DNA of 60,755 nucleotides, filler included, from Sanchytrium tribonematis (Eukaryota): the NCBI GenBank assembly GCA_018985235.1. It is 5 parts of 5 records of this genome, joined end to end, with 100 filler letters (N's around TTAATTAATTAA, not from the genome) between each part and the next. Parts side by side here need not be neighbours in the genome. Positions count along the whole stretch, not along the records: positions 24,461 to 36,511 come from JADGIG010000230.1; 4 more parts are not named here. The stretch is one strand, 5' to 3'. The notes under the pieces are model-generated. The model saw nothing but the letters and a program-made list of their open reading frames with translations, did not search any database and had not been told where the DNA came from. Shown piece by piece: positions 25,308 to 35,069 of the stretch (positions within the stretch are counted from its first letter, which is position 1; each line of letters starts with the position of its first letter). A program made the translations under genes and the position numbers.

Positions 25308-26083
25308 GACTCAAAATCAATTTCCAGCTCATCCTCTGATAATTTTAATTTTTTGGCTAATTTTGCTTCCACCATTTCTTTCTGTTTTTTGAAAAAGGCT
25401 GTCTGTTCTAAAAATGGATTTGTAAAATTTTTGGGTCCAGATTTGGTGCTATGTTTTTTTATGATTTTTGCAGTTCTATCATTTTTCTGCGCAATATATT
25501 TAAAGAAATCAGAATTTGTCTTTTCTAATAATTCTGGATTCTTTGGCTTTTTTCGTACTTCCTCAAATTGGTATGCATTACCAGTAGTCTTAACGCTTTG
25601 TCTATTATTTTTGCTCTCATTAAGGGATTTTTTGAAATGGAAAGAGCATAGGGTATCTAATGTAAGCCTATAGCATTTCGTACATTTCTTATCTTCAATT
25701 CGCCCGATATTAATTATTGAATCAGGTTTTTTCACCATTAGATTCTGCTTCCAAATAGCACTTTTGAGTAAAATACAGTCACCAGGTGCTAATTTAACTT
25801 TTTTATCAAAATTTATAACCTTAATACCCACCCCCATCATATCTGTCAATTCAAATTCATTTTCTCTAATAAGTTGCACAACCCCAGTTGTATACCATTG
25901 CAAAACTGTCATCCGATTAATAGTCAAAAGCCTTCTCAATGGAATAAATTCTCCACTGAGAGCAACAGGATTATAGCCTTTTATCATTATTTGCAGTCTT
26001 TTGTCAAACACACCATCCGCGGGTTCCATTTGATCATTTTCTACCACCTCACAGGCGTCGATCAAGTCTTGAAGATTACTCAT
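25304..26083 (-). CDS. MCM10: Minimal MCM10-like replication initiation factor (OB fold + CCCH zinc finger)
   Basis: WYTTGVV, ELTDM, GDCILL, INIG...C..C...C.FH pattern of the Mcm10 internal domain. Confidence 0.6.
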   Translation of the reverse strand: MSNLQDLIDACEVVENDQMEPADGVFDKRLQIMIKGYNPVALSGEFIPLRRLLTINRMTVLQWYTTGVVQLIRENEFELTDMMGVGIKVINFDKKVKLAPGDCILLKSAIWKQNLMVKKPDSIINIGRIEDKKCTKCYRLTLDTLCSFHFKKSLNESKNNRQSVKTTGNAYQFEEVRKKPKNPELLEKTNSDFFKYIAQKNDRTAKIIKKHSTKSGPKNFTNPFLEQTAFFKKQKEMVEAKLAKKLKLSEDELEIDFES

Positions 26084-26219
26084 TTTCAAGGAGATTAAAA
26101 TCAGCCCAAATTATACAAATTTTTAAATTATTAAACGAATCTAGAGGTTCAGAATCCGTAAGAGCTGATTTTTAAGATTGATTTGGCGATTTTGTCAATA
26201 CATAAATAATGCCTGAAAC

Positions 26220-27971
26220 ATGGCCTTGCAATTTAATCATGAGCTGCCGCTACAAAGGTGCACAATTGCTTTTTGCGGAAAAGGAAGACCGGAATGGAGT
26301 CTTCTTGCCATAATTTTGGGTGCAAAAGTAACAAATTCCATTTCTATATTTAATTCTCATTTGGTTATGTTGGATTATGAAAGAAGTAAAAAAAAGCAAT
26401 TGGCAAAGAAATTAAAAATACAGGTCTGTGGAACTCAATGGCTGGTGGATTGCTTAGCTAGAAAAAGGTGCCAACCTATAAACATCAAATTACATGAAGA
26501 TGATATTTACAAGATTTCCACTTTAAAAGATTTTTCGTTTTATCTTCACAGAAAAGTCTTGAATTTAGAGGAAATCATATTATATGCCGGTGGGGTTATC
26601 AAAAATGACCTATCTGTTAGCTACGAAATTAGTGAAAACCCTTCAGAATCAATATATAATGAAAAGTGGATAAAGCTCTGCATTATTCATCAAAAAATTT
26701 TAAATCTGCCCATTGAAGCTTTTGAAATAGACGATGGACAGTTTGAAGAGCCTGAAAGAAAATTTGTTCCCAAAAAGTCGGATTTTGTTGATATTCAAAT
26801 TGAGGAAGATGAAAATTATGACATCGGACGTGACTTGAACGACATAATTGTATCTCAGTCCCAGCCGGCACTGGATTTACCTGTTGTCTCTACATTTGAA
26901 GAAACAACAATATCGCAAGACTGCACACCCATTCCAAACACTCTGATGAAACCAAGTGGAACTGGAATATTTGACTCGTTTGCATTTGTCTTTTGTGGCT
27001 TTGAAGCCAATTCTAGGCGGATTTACAGAGCGCATTTGCTTAAAAAGGGTGGGCATTGTTTTGCAATTTCTGATTTGAAGTGGACAAATCAGAGAGACAA
27101 TCAAGAAACAAGCCTTCGGACTTTATTAAGATACCTGAGAGATTTAAAATTTAAGTGGGTTTTGGTTTGGAGCTCAAAGTTGCCATACTCACTAACTACA
27201 AAGAAGTTTGTAATGAAATCTACTTCAACCACTACAGTTCAAGTGGTGAACGAGACTTGGCTAACAGATTCCTTGTCACAAAATATCTGCATGGATTTGG
27301 ACTCCTTCTCGTATAAGCCTTTTAAGTATGGCTTGCCTTTACCCGAATTTAAAGACAAAATTGTAACTGTCACCGGATATGACACAAAATATAGACTCAC
27401 TCTCAAGAGTCTCATCAAAATACTTGGAGCAACGTACGTAGATAGTTTCACTGATCAGGTACATTTTTTGATCGCACCAAAGCCTTATAATGAAAATAAT
27501 GCCAAAATGGCAGCAGCTACAAAATACAAAATTCAGATAGTAACAAAGGAATGGCTTAATCAATGTGCGAATACTGGAAAATTCGTCGAAACCAAGCCAT
27601 ATCTTATTGAACCCCCCATCGTAAAACAGCAAGCCGAACTTAAGATCACAAATCTTCCGCTTGATAAAATTACTCTGTATATTTCACCGGCTCTGGAAAA
27701 GTTCCGCACAATTGCGTCTAATTTAGGCGCAAAATTTGCTGCTCCAGAAAAATCTGATTATGTTCTGCTGGAGAGAGATTCAGAATTTGCAGGTGAACAT
27801 AGTAAAAGTGTATTCTTGGATCCACAATGGGTAATTGCATGTCAGAAAGCTAGGACTGCTGTTAATGTTGATCCGTTTCGGTGGGAATATAAAGAAATCA
27901 AGATCGACTCTGTCATTCCTAAGAAAAGGCAATTCGTGGAACCAATTCTCAATGATATCGATTACAAATAA
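26220..27971 (+). CDS. Multi-BRCT scaffold protein (TopBP1/Dpb11- or Rtt107/Brc1-like)
   Basis: About five BRCT repeats ending in W..C motifs (QWLVDC, KWIKLC, TWLTDS, EWLNQC, QWVIAC); VTVTGY...LIKILGA. Confidence 0.8.
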   Translation: MALQFNHELPLQRCTIAFCGKGRPEWSLLAIILGAKVTNSISIFNSHLVMLDYERSKKKQLAKKLKIQVCGTQWLVDCLARKRCQPINIKLHEDDIYKISTLKDFSFYLHRKVLNLEEIILYAGGVIKNDLSVSYEISENPSESIYNEKWIKLCIIHQKILNLPIEAFEIDDGQFEEPERKFVPKKSDFVDIQIEEDENYDIGRDLNDIIVSQSQPALDLPVVSTFEETTISQDCTPIPNTLMKPSGTGIFDSFAFVFCGFEANSRRIYRAHLLKKGGHCFAISDLKWTNQRDNQETSLRTLLRYLRDLKFKWVLVWSSKLPYSLTTKKFVMKSTSTTTVQVVNETWLTDSLSQNICMDLDSFSYKPFKYGLPLPEFKDKIVTVTGYDTKYRLTLKSLIKILGATYVDSFTDQVHFLIAPKPYNENNAKMAAATKYKIQIVTKEWLNQCANTGKFVETKPYLIEPPIVKQQAELKITNLPLDKITLYISPALEKFRTIASNLGAKFAAPEKSDYVLLERDSEFAGEHSKSVFLDPQWVIACQKARTAVNVDPFRWEYKEIKIDSVIPKKRQFVEPILNDIDYK

Positions 27972-27988
27972 ATTTGTTTCCCCTTCAA

Positions 27989-28852
27989 ATGACTTTCACT
28001 TTTCAAGACACCTTGAAAATCGCGGTCCCAAAGAAAGGACGTTTGTATGAGACTTGCATGGATCTATTAAAGGGTGCTGATATTAAATTCTCAAAAAAGA
28101 ATCGACTTGACATTGCTTATTGTACAAATTTGCCAATAGCTCTTATATTTTTACCTGCCAAGGATATTCCAGTGTATGTCGCAGATGGCAGTATTCATTT
28201 GGGAATAACCGGAAGTGATATGGTTCTGGAAAGTAGAGTAAAAGTTAAAGAACTACTTAAGCTTGGCTTTGGGAAGTGTCGCCTTGCAATTCAAATTCCA
28301 GAAAACAGCAGATTGGAACTAAAAGATTTAGACGGTAAAAGAATTGTTTCTTCTTTTCCAAATACTGTACAAGATTATTTTAAGAATGTGTTAAAATTAG
28401 ATGTGAACTGTAGTTACGTGTCTGGCTCTGTGGAGATAGCTTGTGAACTGGGACTTGCAGATGCCGTGTGTGACTTGATAGAAAGTGGAGACACTATGAA
28501 AGCAGCCGGCCTAAAGGAACTCCATACTATCCACAATTCAGAGTGTTTATTAATTTCAAATCCAAGTTCACCCTTTCAAGATCTAATTAAAACAATCACT
28601 GGAAGATTCCAAGGTGTCATTGATGCTAAAAAGTACGTATACTGCACATATAATGTTCCAAGAACTCATTTACAAGCTGCGAAGAACATTACTCCAGGAA
28701 GAAAAGCACCTACAATTGCACCATTAGAAAACGACTCTCATGTCGCGGTGTCTGTTATGATCGACCAAGCTAGGCAAGGTGAAATTATGGATAAACTCAT
28801 TGAAAATCAAGCCACTGACATTCTCATATTTGATATCCACAACTGTAGATGA
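27989..28852 (+). CDS. HIS1: ATP phosphoribosyltransferase
   Basis: IAVPKKGRL, DIPVYVADG..LGITG, LGFGKCRL, SGSVE, DLIESGDTM, TPGRKAPT. Confidence 0.95.
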   Translation: MTFTFQDTLKIAVPKKGRLYETCMDLLKGADIKFSKKNRLDIAYCTNLPIALIFLPAKDIPVYVADGSIHLGITGSDMVLESRVKVKELLKLGFGKCRLAIQIPENSRLELKDLDGKRIVSSFPNTVQDYFKNVLKLDVNCSYVSGSVEIACELGLADAVCDLIESGDTMKAAGLKELHTIHNSECLLISNPSSPFQDLIKTITGRFQGVIDAKKYVYCTYNVPRTHLQAAKNITPGRKAPTIAPLENDSHVAVSVMIDQARQGEIMDKLIENQATDILIFDIHNCR

Positions 28853-28866
28853 ATAAATCTGTAACA

Positions 28867-29040
28867 ATGATTTCCTCTATTCTTGCAACAGATTTAAAAA
28901 ATTTCTTTCACGTTTGTGGGTCGCCGTTTTTAAACGGAATTGCGTGGGGAAGTTTACTTTCATATAAAGAGTACATGCAGGGCCAAAGAAAACTAAAATA
29001 TTTACAAAAGAGGCGAAAGGTGTCTGAACTAGTGGTGTAA
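28867..29040 (+). CDS. Possible small membrane protein (weakly Mim1-like)
   Basis: SPFLNGIAWG resembles Mim1 LPFLNGMMLG; short and unverified. Confidence 0.25.
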   Translation: MISSILATDLKNFFHVCGSPFLNGIAWGSLLSYKEYMQGQRKLKYLQKRRKVSELVV

Positions 29041-29148
29041 TGCAGCGAATTAAATAAATCACATTGGACATAGAGCTCTGACAAATAAGAAGCAGAAAGT
29101 GCTATGAGCTTTGAGTCCTATTGTAGATAAAGTTTATTTTTTCAAACA

Positions 29149-29691
29149 ATGCAGTTCTCAAATCATAGATTTCTTTCAATCAAACAAATCTTGTGCTATT
29201 ACGGCGCATTTTTTGAGCCTACGACGCACTGTGAACCTCCAGCAACCTCAAGTTTAGTAATATACTATACTGAAAAGCCAGCCTATAGTGGATTGTCTGC
29301 ACCTTTTTCTTTAGACGATTTTCTATCAGAAACTAAAAAATTGGCTAACAAACACAATGTGAAAGTATATCAAGATCAATCTCTTACTCACAACAAGTTT
29401 GAATCTTCGAAGCAAATTCAATTTCGCAAACTGCAAGACAATGAAATTTCGCCAGCTAACGCAATCGTACTTAGCCCTTCACCAACTAGACTTCACAAAA
29501 GAGATTCCAATAACAATGGAACTAATAACAGTACTAATGACCAAACAACAGATATATCATCTGATTTTTCCATTTTTATATTTACGGTTTTTGGACTTAT
29601 CATTGCAATCGTGCTATCAGTTCAGCTAATTGCAACTGCAGCACCGCCTATTATAGGTCAGTCAAGTGGTGGTAGATTAAAAAGTGAGTAA
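29149..29691 (+). CDS. Membrane protein with C-terminal TM helix (Voa1/Ac45/BIG1-like architecture)
   Basis: Kex2-like KR site, NxS/T sequons, single C-terminal TM, terminal KSE; start codon uncertain. Confidence 0.5.
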   Translation: MQFSNHRFLSIKQILCYYGAFFEPTTHCEPPATSSLVIYYTEKPAYSGLSAPFSLDDFLSETKKLANKHNVKVYQDQSLTHNKFESSKQIQFRKLQDNEISPANAIVLSPSPTRLHKRDSNNNGTNNSTNDQTTDISSDFSIFIFTVFGLIIAIVLSVQLIATAAPPIIGQSSGGRLKSE

Positions 29692-29698
29692 ATGATTT

Positions 29699-32600
29699 TT
29701 ATTTCAATTTTTGCTCTTGATCGCAGCCGTAATACGAATCACATAGCAGATAAACTTTTCCTAAACTCTTGACATCAATTTGTAGCTTGACTTTCAACCC
29801 CATTTCGATTTCATTGCAATAATGAATTTGAGATCCATCGGCTACAAGAAGCCACCAGTGCTCAAATTTAGAGAAGTAGCCCTTGGAAATTGGAATCTTC
29901 CAGGATTCGTCTTCATCATCTCTTTCCAAAAAAACGCTTACTTTAAAACCATCATTGTCCTCTTTCCAATGACACTCCAACTCGATATTTGGGTACTTAT
30001 TAACAAAATCGGCTACAGCGCTGACTTGATTTTCATTCAAAGGCTTAAGCATTGTGTCACGATCCTCGTCTTCCATTTCCATGACATCGTAAATATTGTG
30101 GACCTTGAACTGGGAAAAATTCAATTGAGAATGATTTGGTATTTGCAAGAGGGGATTTGATAGATCGTTGGACTGTTGTGTTAGCATTTGCATTAGTTCT
30201 ATACTGGACATCAAAGGAATAGCAAATCCTTTTAAATGGCAGACTTGTATCATTGCATGAACATGTCTTTCCACATTATTCAGAATTGTTTTCAAAGAAT
30301 TTTCCAACTGATTTTCTAATTTAATTCTTTGAAGATAGCAGGTAATTAGCGCGAACAGCTTGTTTTCGTGTTGATAATATTCTCTTATCTGATCAGGCAC
30401 AGATCCAAGTTGCAAATGACTAAGAATTTCTAGAAGTGTACTTCGTTTTGTATCTCTTTTTATGTTCAAATTTATGATATCGATATTTGTATGAGTAATA
30501 TCATAATGATGTGCAATAGTGTAAAGAGGGGTCCATTTGGAATTCAACAAATACATTTGAGACAGCTCAGATTGCCCTTGTTCAACAAGCTCACTAAAGA
30601 AAACATTAATATCTTCACTAGTATAATATTGTGGATTTCTCCTACACCTACTAAACAAAAAAGACTTTGAAAGCTCACCAAGCAAAAAAGGTATTTCAAT
30701 TTCCGAATATTGCATTAATAATTGTTCAATGTTTGTATGCAAACGACTCTCAACTGGAAATCCATTCTCCATCAAAACTTTCTTTACAAAGTCCTTATCA
30801 GAATGCTGAATAATAACTTCATGGGTCGCAAAACTTGCTGCTCTCGTAAGTTGAGTAAAACCATCAACAAAAATCGAAACTGATGAAAACTGGGCAAAAA
30901 AATGATAAATGAACAACGGGTGGACCACAACATTGAATTTCGAAGATACCAGATTAAGAACCGCTTCAACATCTTCTGTAGTAAGGTTTGGGCTCAAAAA
31001 TAAAACTTTGTTGTCAAAGGCAGCGTTAAGGAGGTTACTGGTAAATATTTTTGAATGTGTGGCAGTTTTCAAAAACGATCGTACAACCACTTCAACTTCT
31101 TTAGTGATAACCAATCCGCTAGAGATATGTTTGATATTTGTTTGCTGTCTGAAATGTAGATTCAGAGGATTATGAAAGTGCAAACTCAAAGACATTGACA
31201 ATTTAGGGTCGCAATCTAAAAGATGACAAAAATCTCTATAGTTGGGAATGGGTTCACTCAAACATTTCAATTTTTTGGTATAATTTTGGCATTTAATTAA
31301 AAATGTTTCATATTCTGGTCGTAGATTTTGAACATTCAACGAAATAATTGATGTGAACTTAACAACGCTAAAGTTAAGTAATCTCTGTGCCTCCTCCACT
31401 GTTTTAATCATGACATCTAATTGCAAATTTGCTCTAGAAATACATTTCGATAAATAATCGAGCCTCGCCTTCAATTGCCTAGTATTAGTTGGCGAAACTA
31501 TCAAAATTTTAATATTGCTGTATGTTTCAATGTCATTCAATATAATAGAATCTATTATGAACGAGAAATATTTTGGATGGAGTGCAAATATACTATTACT
31601 TTCCTGTCTGATCAAGAAATCGAGTTGATCGTGAAGCGAACTCAGTTTGTAATGCGAACTGAGATAATCTAGATAATTGGATTGGAGTTCACTTTGTTCG
31701 ATATCCACGAGGTCGTCTTGAGCTTCGTCCATTTTATCACTCACTCTGATATTTGTAGGTATGGAAACCGGATTAATTTGTGATATGAATCTTAATGAAT
31801 GGATATGAAATAAAAAATACTTTGGTAATTCTTTACATTTGAATTGCAGTTCTTCTACAGTGTGTGAGTTTCTCAGTTTCACTTGCTTTGAACAGATAAT
31901 ATTCATTCCAATTGCATCCGTAACTACAAGATTATAAAACTCACGATAATGATGAACATCTGCATCATAATCAAAAAGCGGTTCAATCTCAATAATTAGC
32001 TTAAACCATTGTGGAGTTAACGGTTTCAAGTGACACACAATTTCAAAATTTGGAATTTTACGTATCCCACTGTAAACTATTTTAGCATCATTAAGACTAC
32101 CTAAGACTTCCGCCAGTTGTTCTACCTTAAATCGCTGAAGTCTTTGGAAGGAAATATTTTTCTTTTGTAATTTAGTCATTGTCAATGATGGAATATATGG
32201 AATCTGCTGCAAGACATTAATGGGCCAAATTTTTTTGTCAATCATTTTTGCTATATCTAGGCAACACTTGTATGGCATAAACCATTTAAAGTAGCTGCAA
32301 ATATCCGCCAAAGCTCTAAATATTCTTGAAGCCGACTGGCTTATAAAAATGAGATCGCTGCTTAGTGCAAATCCATCTAAAGCATTATTGGTAATGTATG
32401 ATTGTAAAAGTAAATTCACCTTACATAAATTGGAATCAAATCCCTCACGAACAGGAATTGGCACCAAGTCTAACAAACGCTGTAGCTCAATTTTTTCTTC
32501 CTCTCTGACTGGTATAAATCGAAATTCCTGACTCATACTAAAAATGCGAAATAAATCCACCATATTGAAATGAGGTTTAAGAAATTGATAATATGTAATT

Positions 32601-35038
32601 AAACTGTCAAAAGGCAAATAATAGTATGACGCTATCTTACCCAAGTCAGTTGACACGATGTGGGGAGACTTGTAGAATGCCATTCCACTTTTTTCCAAAT
32701 TGATAAATACAGAATGAATTATGTTTATGCGTCTTTGCATCAGAGTCGGATCCTGCTCGAGTTCCTCCAAAGGAATGTGGTAAACATGAGGAGATTTTAT
32801 CATTCTAACAAAAAGATAAGTGCGTAACAAATATTCTGCACCTTCAACTAAATTTCTTATATTCCCGAGAACGATTTCACTATTAATCACGTCAACAATC
32901 TTTGCAAAAAGCTGCGATTCTATTGGGAACTGACTGTTCAGAATGCATAAATAATATGGCAATTCATGATATTCCGTAATAACAACTCCTCTACCAAATA
33001 CGTCAAATCCTGGTCTCCCCGCTCTCCCAATCATTTGAAGACAGGCTTCATGACCAATTTCTTCAAATTGACCCCGCTCCGGATTATAAACTTTTGTCCC
33101 TTTGATAATACAAGTGTGTGATGGTAAATTAATACCAACTGCCAAAGTGCTAGTCGCTACCAGAACTTGAATATGTTTATCTGCAAATAAATCCTCAACC
33201 AATGTACGGTCACTTTTTGTTAGACCGGCATGATGAATAGCGAAACCAGCGCCTAATATTTTTTTGAGATGTGGATTGTCACATTCACCTACAACTGATT
33301 CCAAAACATTTCTCGAGTTTTCAGCTCCAGTAAACAATTTGCCGAGTGTGTTTCTCTCTATGGCATACTCAAGTAGTGTCTCTGCGGTTTTCCAAGTTTC
33401 TTTTCTAGAATGTACAAATATGATAACCTGATATTCACCCGCATCTTCCATTACTTTTTCGTACACAATTTCATTCATCAATTCCAATCTCTTAAATTTT
33501 TTTAAAGTAATACCTATAAACTCTTGCTGCAACGGACAGGGTCTATAAGAGGAATCAAAATAAAAAGTATCTTTTTCCGAACATCTTAAAAATGCACTTA
33601 CATCCATGTAGTTGGGCAGAGTCGCGCTTAATCCAATTATTCTGATGGAATACGATAACGACCTGGCAATTATGGTTTCTAAAACGGAACCTCTGATATC
33701 GTGTAGTAGATGAATTTCATCAACTATCAAAAGTTTTACCATATCGATATGCTCTGCTTCCATGCCTTTTCGGGTAATAATATCCCATTTTTCAGGAGTG
33801 GTGATTATAACATTGGTGTTTAAAATTTCTAGTTTAGACATTGCAGAGTCTCCGGTCAATTCATTCACTGTTAAACCCAGTGGGCTAAGTTTCACTCCAA
33901 AAGTATGAACTAGTTCCTGTACTAAAGCCTTAAGTGGGGCCACATAAACTATTTTAAATTCATCTTTGAGAATTTCGCCATTTATAGTATATCTTTGAAC
34001 TAATTCTAGCATGGCAAGCAACGAAATATTGGTCTTCCCACTTCCGGTTGGTGCGGCCACAAGCATATTGCCAGATGATTTAAAGCTACTATCAAATGTT
34101 AAAGTTTGTATTGTATTTAAATGTGTCATACTCGGAAAGCAGGGCTGGGCCCAAATGGGTAAATCTACAATTGGAATATGATGAATATTTTCTCTTTCGT
34201 GCTCCTTCATAGGGATATGAATTTCTTCATAACCCTGTTTTTGTTTCTTATAAGAACCTTGTGGAAGCTTGCAATTTTTGTTTGCTTGGAAATGACCTCG
34301 ATCTTTAAATATAAAGTCATTGAAATCTAGGTATTTGGTAGGTATGATTTCACTTATATTTCGTGGCTTGACATGCAAGTTAGCTAGTCTATCTTGTATC
34401 TGTGAAAGGTTTTCCAAAATAAACATAATAATGTCATTTTTTTCATAATTAAATATTTTAATTAAATGATTTTCCAACGACATAGGATTTTCACTTTTCT
34501 TTATAAGCTCTAAAATTTCGATTTTAACGTTTGTGTCAAAGATGCTTAATTTGGAATCTAATTCTCCTAATAGGTCAATTATTTCCAAGTCTTCAATATG
34601 GTCCTCTTCAACTACTTCCATTTCTTCCATTTCTTCAAAATCTACATTTACGTTTTCTTCAAGTTGTGCAGATTCACTCGTCCCTAAATAACTAATCATC
34701 TGCAAGACAATGGATTTGTGTTTTTCGACATCCTTGAAAATTTCTTTTAAAGTATCGTCAGTATGATGGATCATATTATAGGCCAACTCATGAAGATCAG
34801 AGCTTGGTAAATCCCCAACGTTTTTTACAATATACTGGAGCAGATGTGCATAGTATTGTCTTTGAATTTCTGTTTTAGGGTGATAATGCAAAGTGGCGTT
34901 TTCCAAAATTGTACCTCCTTTGGGTCCTGCTTGTGAGTGTGGCGTCGTCCTTGATTTCTTAACAGAATGTGCTCTGACTCCCATTTCTCTCATACTTATA
35001 TTTCCAATAATTGAATTGGCTCTTCCAGAATCACTCAT
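29699..35038 (-). CDS. BRR2: U5 snRNP RNA helicase Brr2 (1779 aa; degenerate second cassette)
   Basis: LPQGSYK...GYEEIHIP, APTGSGKT, TTPEKWDIITRK, DEIHLL, LSATLPNY, QMIGRAGRP, Sec63 domains, terminal CDSYYGCDQE. Confidence 0.93.
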   Translation of the reverse strand: MSDSGRANSIIGNISMREMGVRAHSVKKSRTTPHSQAGPKGGTILENATLHYHPKTEIQRQYYAHLLQYIVKNVGDLPSSDLHELAYNMIHHTDDTLKEIFKDVEKHKSIVLQMISYLGTSESAQLEENVNVDFEEMEEMEVVEEDHIEDLEIIDLLGELDSKLSIFDTNVKIEILELIKKSENPMSLENHLIKIFNYEKNDIIMFILENLSQIQDRLANLHVKPRNISEIIPTKYLDFNDFIFKDRGHFQANKNCKLPQGSYKKQKQGYEEIHIPMKEHERENIHHIPIVDLPIWAQPCFPSMTHLNTIQTLTFDSSFKSSGNMLVAAPTGSGKTNISLLAMLELVQRYTINGEILKDEFKIVYVAPLKALVQELVHTFGVKLSPLGLTVNELTGDSAMSKLEILNTNVIITTPEKWDIITRKGMEAEHIDMVKLLIVDEIHLLHDIRGSVLETIIARSLSYSIRIIGLSATLPNYMDVSAFLRCSEKDTFYFDSSYRPCPLQQEFIGITLKKFKRLELMNEIVYEKVMEDAGEYQVIIFVHSRKETWKTAETLLEYAIERNTLGKLFTGAENSRNVLESVVGECDNPHLKKILGAGFAIHHAGLTKSDRTLVEDLFADKHIQVLVATSTLAVGINLPSHTCIIKGTKVYNPERGQFEEIGHEACLQMIGRAGRPGFDVFGRGVVITEYHELPYYLCILNSQFPIESQLFAKIVDVINSEIVLGNIRNLVEGAEYLLRTYLFVRMIKSPHVYHIPLEELEQDPTLMQRRINIIHSVFINLEKSGMAFYKSPHIVSTDLGKIASYYYLPFDSLITYYQFLKPHFNMVDLFRIFSMSQEFRFIPVREEEKIELQRLLDLVPIPVREGFDSNLCKVNLLLQSYITNNALDGFALSSDLIFISQSASRIFRALADICSYFKWFMPYKCCLDIAKMIDKKIWPINVLQQIPYIPSLTMTKLQKKNISFQRLQRFKVEQLAEVLGSLNDAKIVYSGIRKIPNFEIVCHLKPLTPQWFKLIIEIEPLFDYDADVHHYREFYNLVVTDAIGMNIICSKQVKLRNSHTVEELQFKCKELPKYFLFHIHSLRFISQINPVSIPTNIRVSDKMDEAQDDLVDIEQSELQSNYLDYLSSHYKLSSLHDQLDFLIRQESNSIFALHPKYFSFIIDSIILNDIETYSNIKILIVSPTNTRQLKARLDYLSKCISRANLQLDVMIKTVEEAQRLLNFSVVKFTSIISLNVQNLRPEYETFLIKCQNYTKKLKCLSEPIPNYRDFCHLLDCDPKLSMSLSLHFHNPLNLHFRQQTNIKHISSGLVITKEVEVVVRSFLKTATHSKIFTSNLLNAAFDNKVLFLSPNLTTEDVEAVLNLVSSKFNVVVHPLFIYHFFAQFSSVSIFVDGFTQLTRAASFATHEVIIQHSDKDFVKKVLMENGFPVESRLHTNIEQLLMQYSEIEIPFLLGELSKSFLFSRCRRNPQYYTSEDINVFFSELVEQGQSELSQMYLLNSKWTPLYTIAHHYDITHTNIDIINLNIKRDTKRSTLLEILSHLQLGSVPDQIREYYQHENKLFALITCYLQRIKLENQLENSLKTILNNVERHVHAMIQVCHLKGFAIPLMSSIELMQMLTQQSNDLSNPLLQIPNHSQLNFSQFKVHNIYDVMEMEDEDRDTMLKPLNENQVSAVADFVNKYPNIELECHWKEDNDGFKVSVFLERDDEDESWKIPISKGYFSKFEHWWLLVADGSQIHYCNEIEMGLKVKLQIDVKSLGKVYLLCDSYYGCDQEQKLK

Positions 35039-35069
35039 GCAAATAGTAAAACACGGATTTGCTTTTTAA

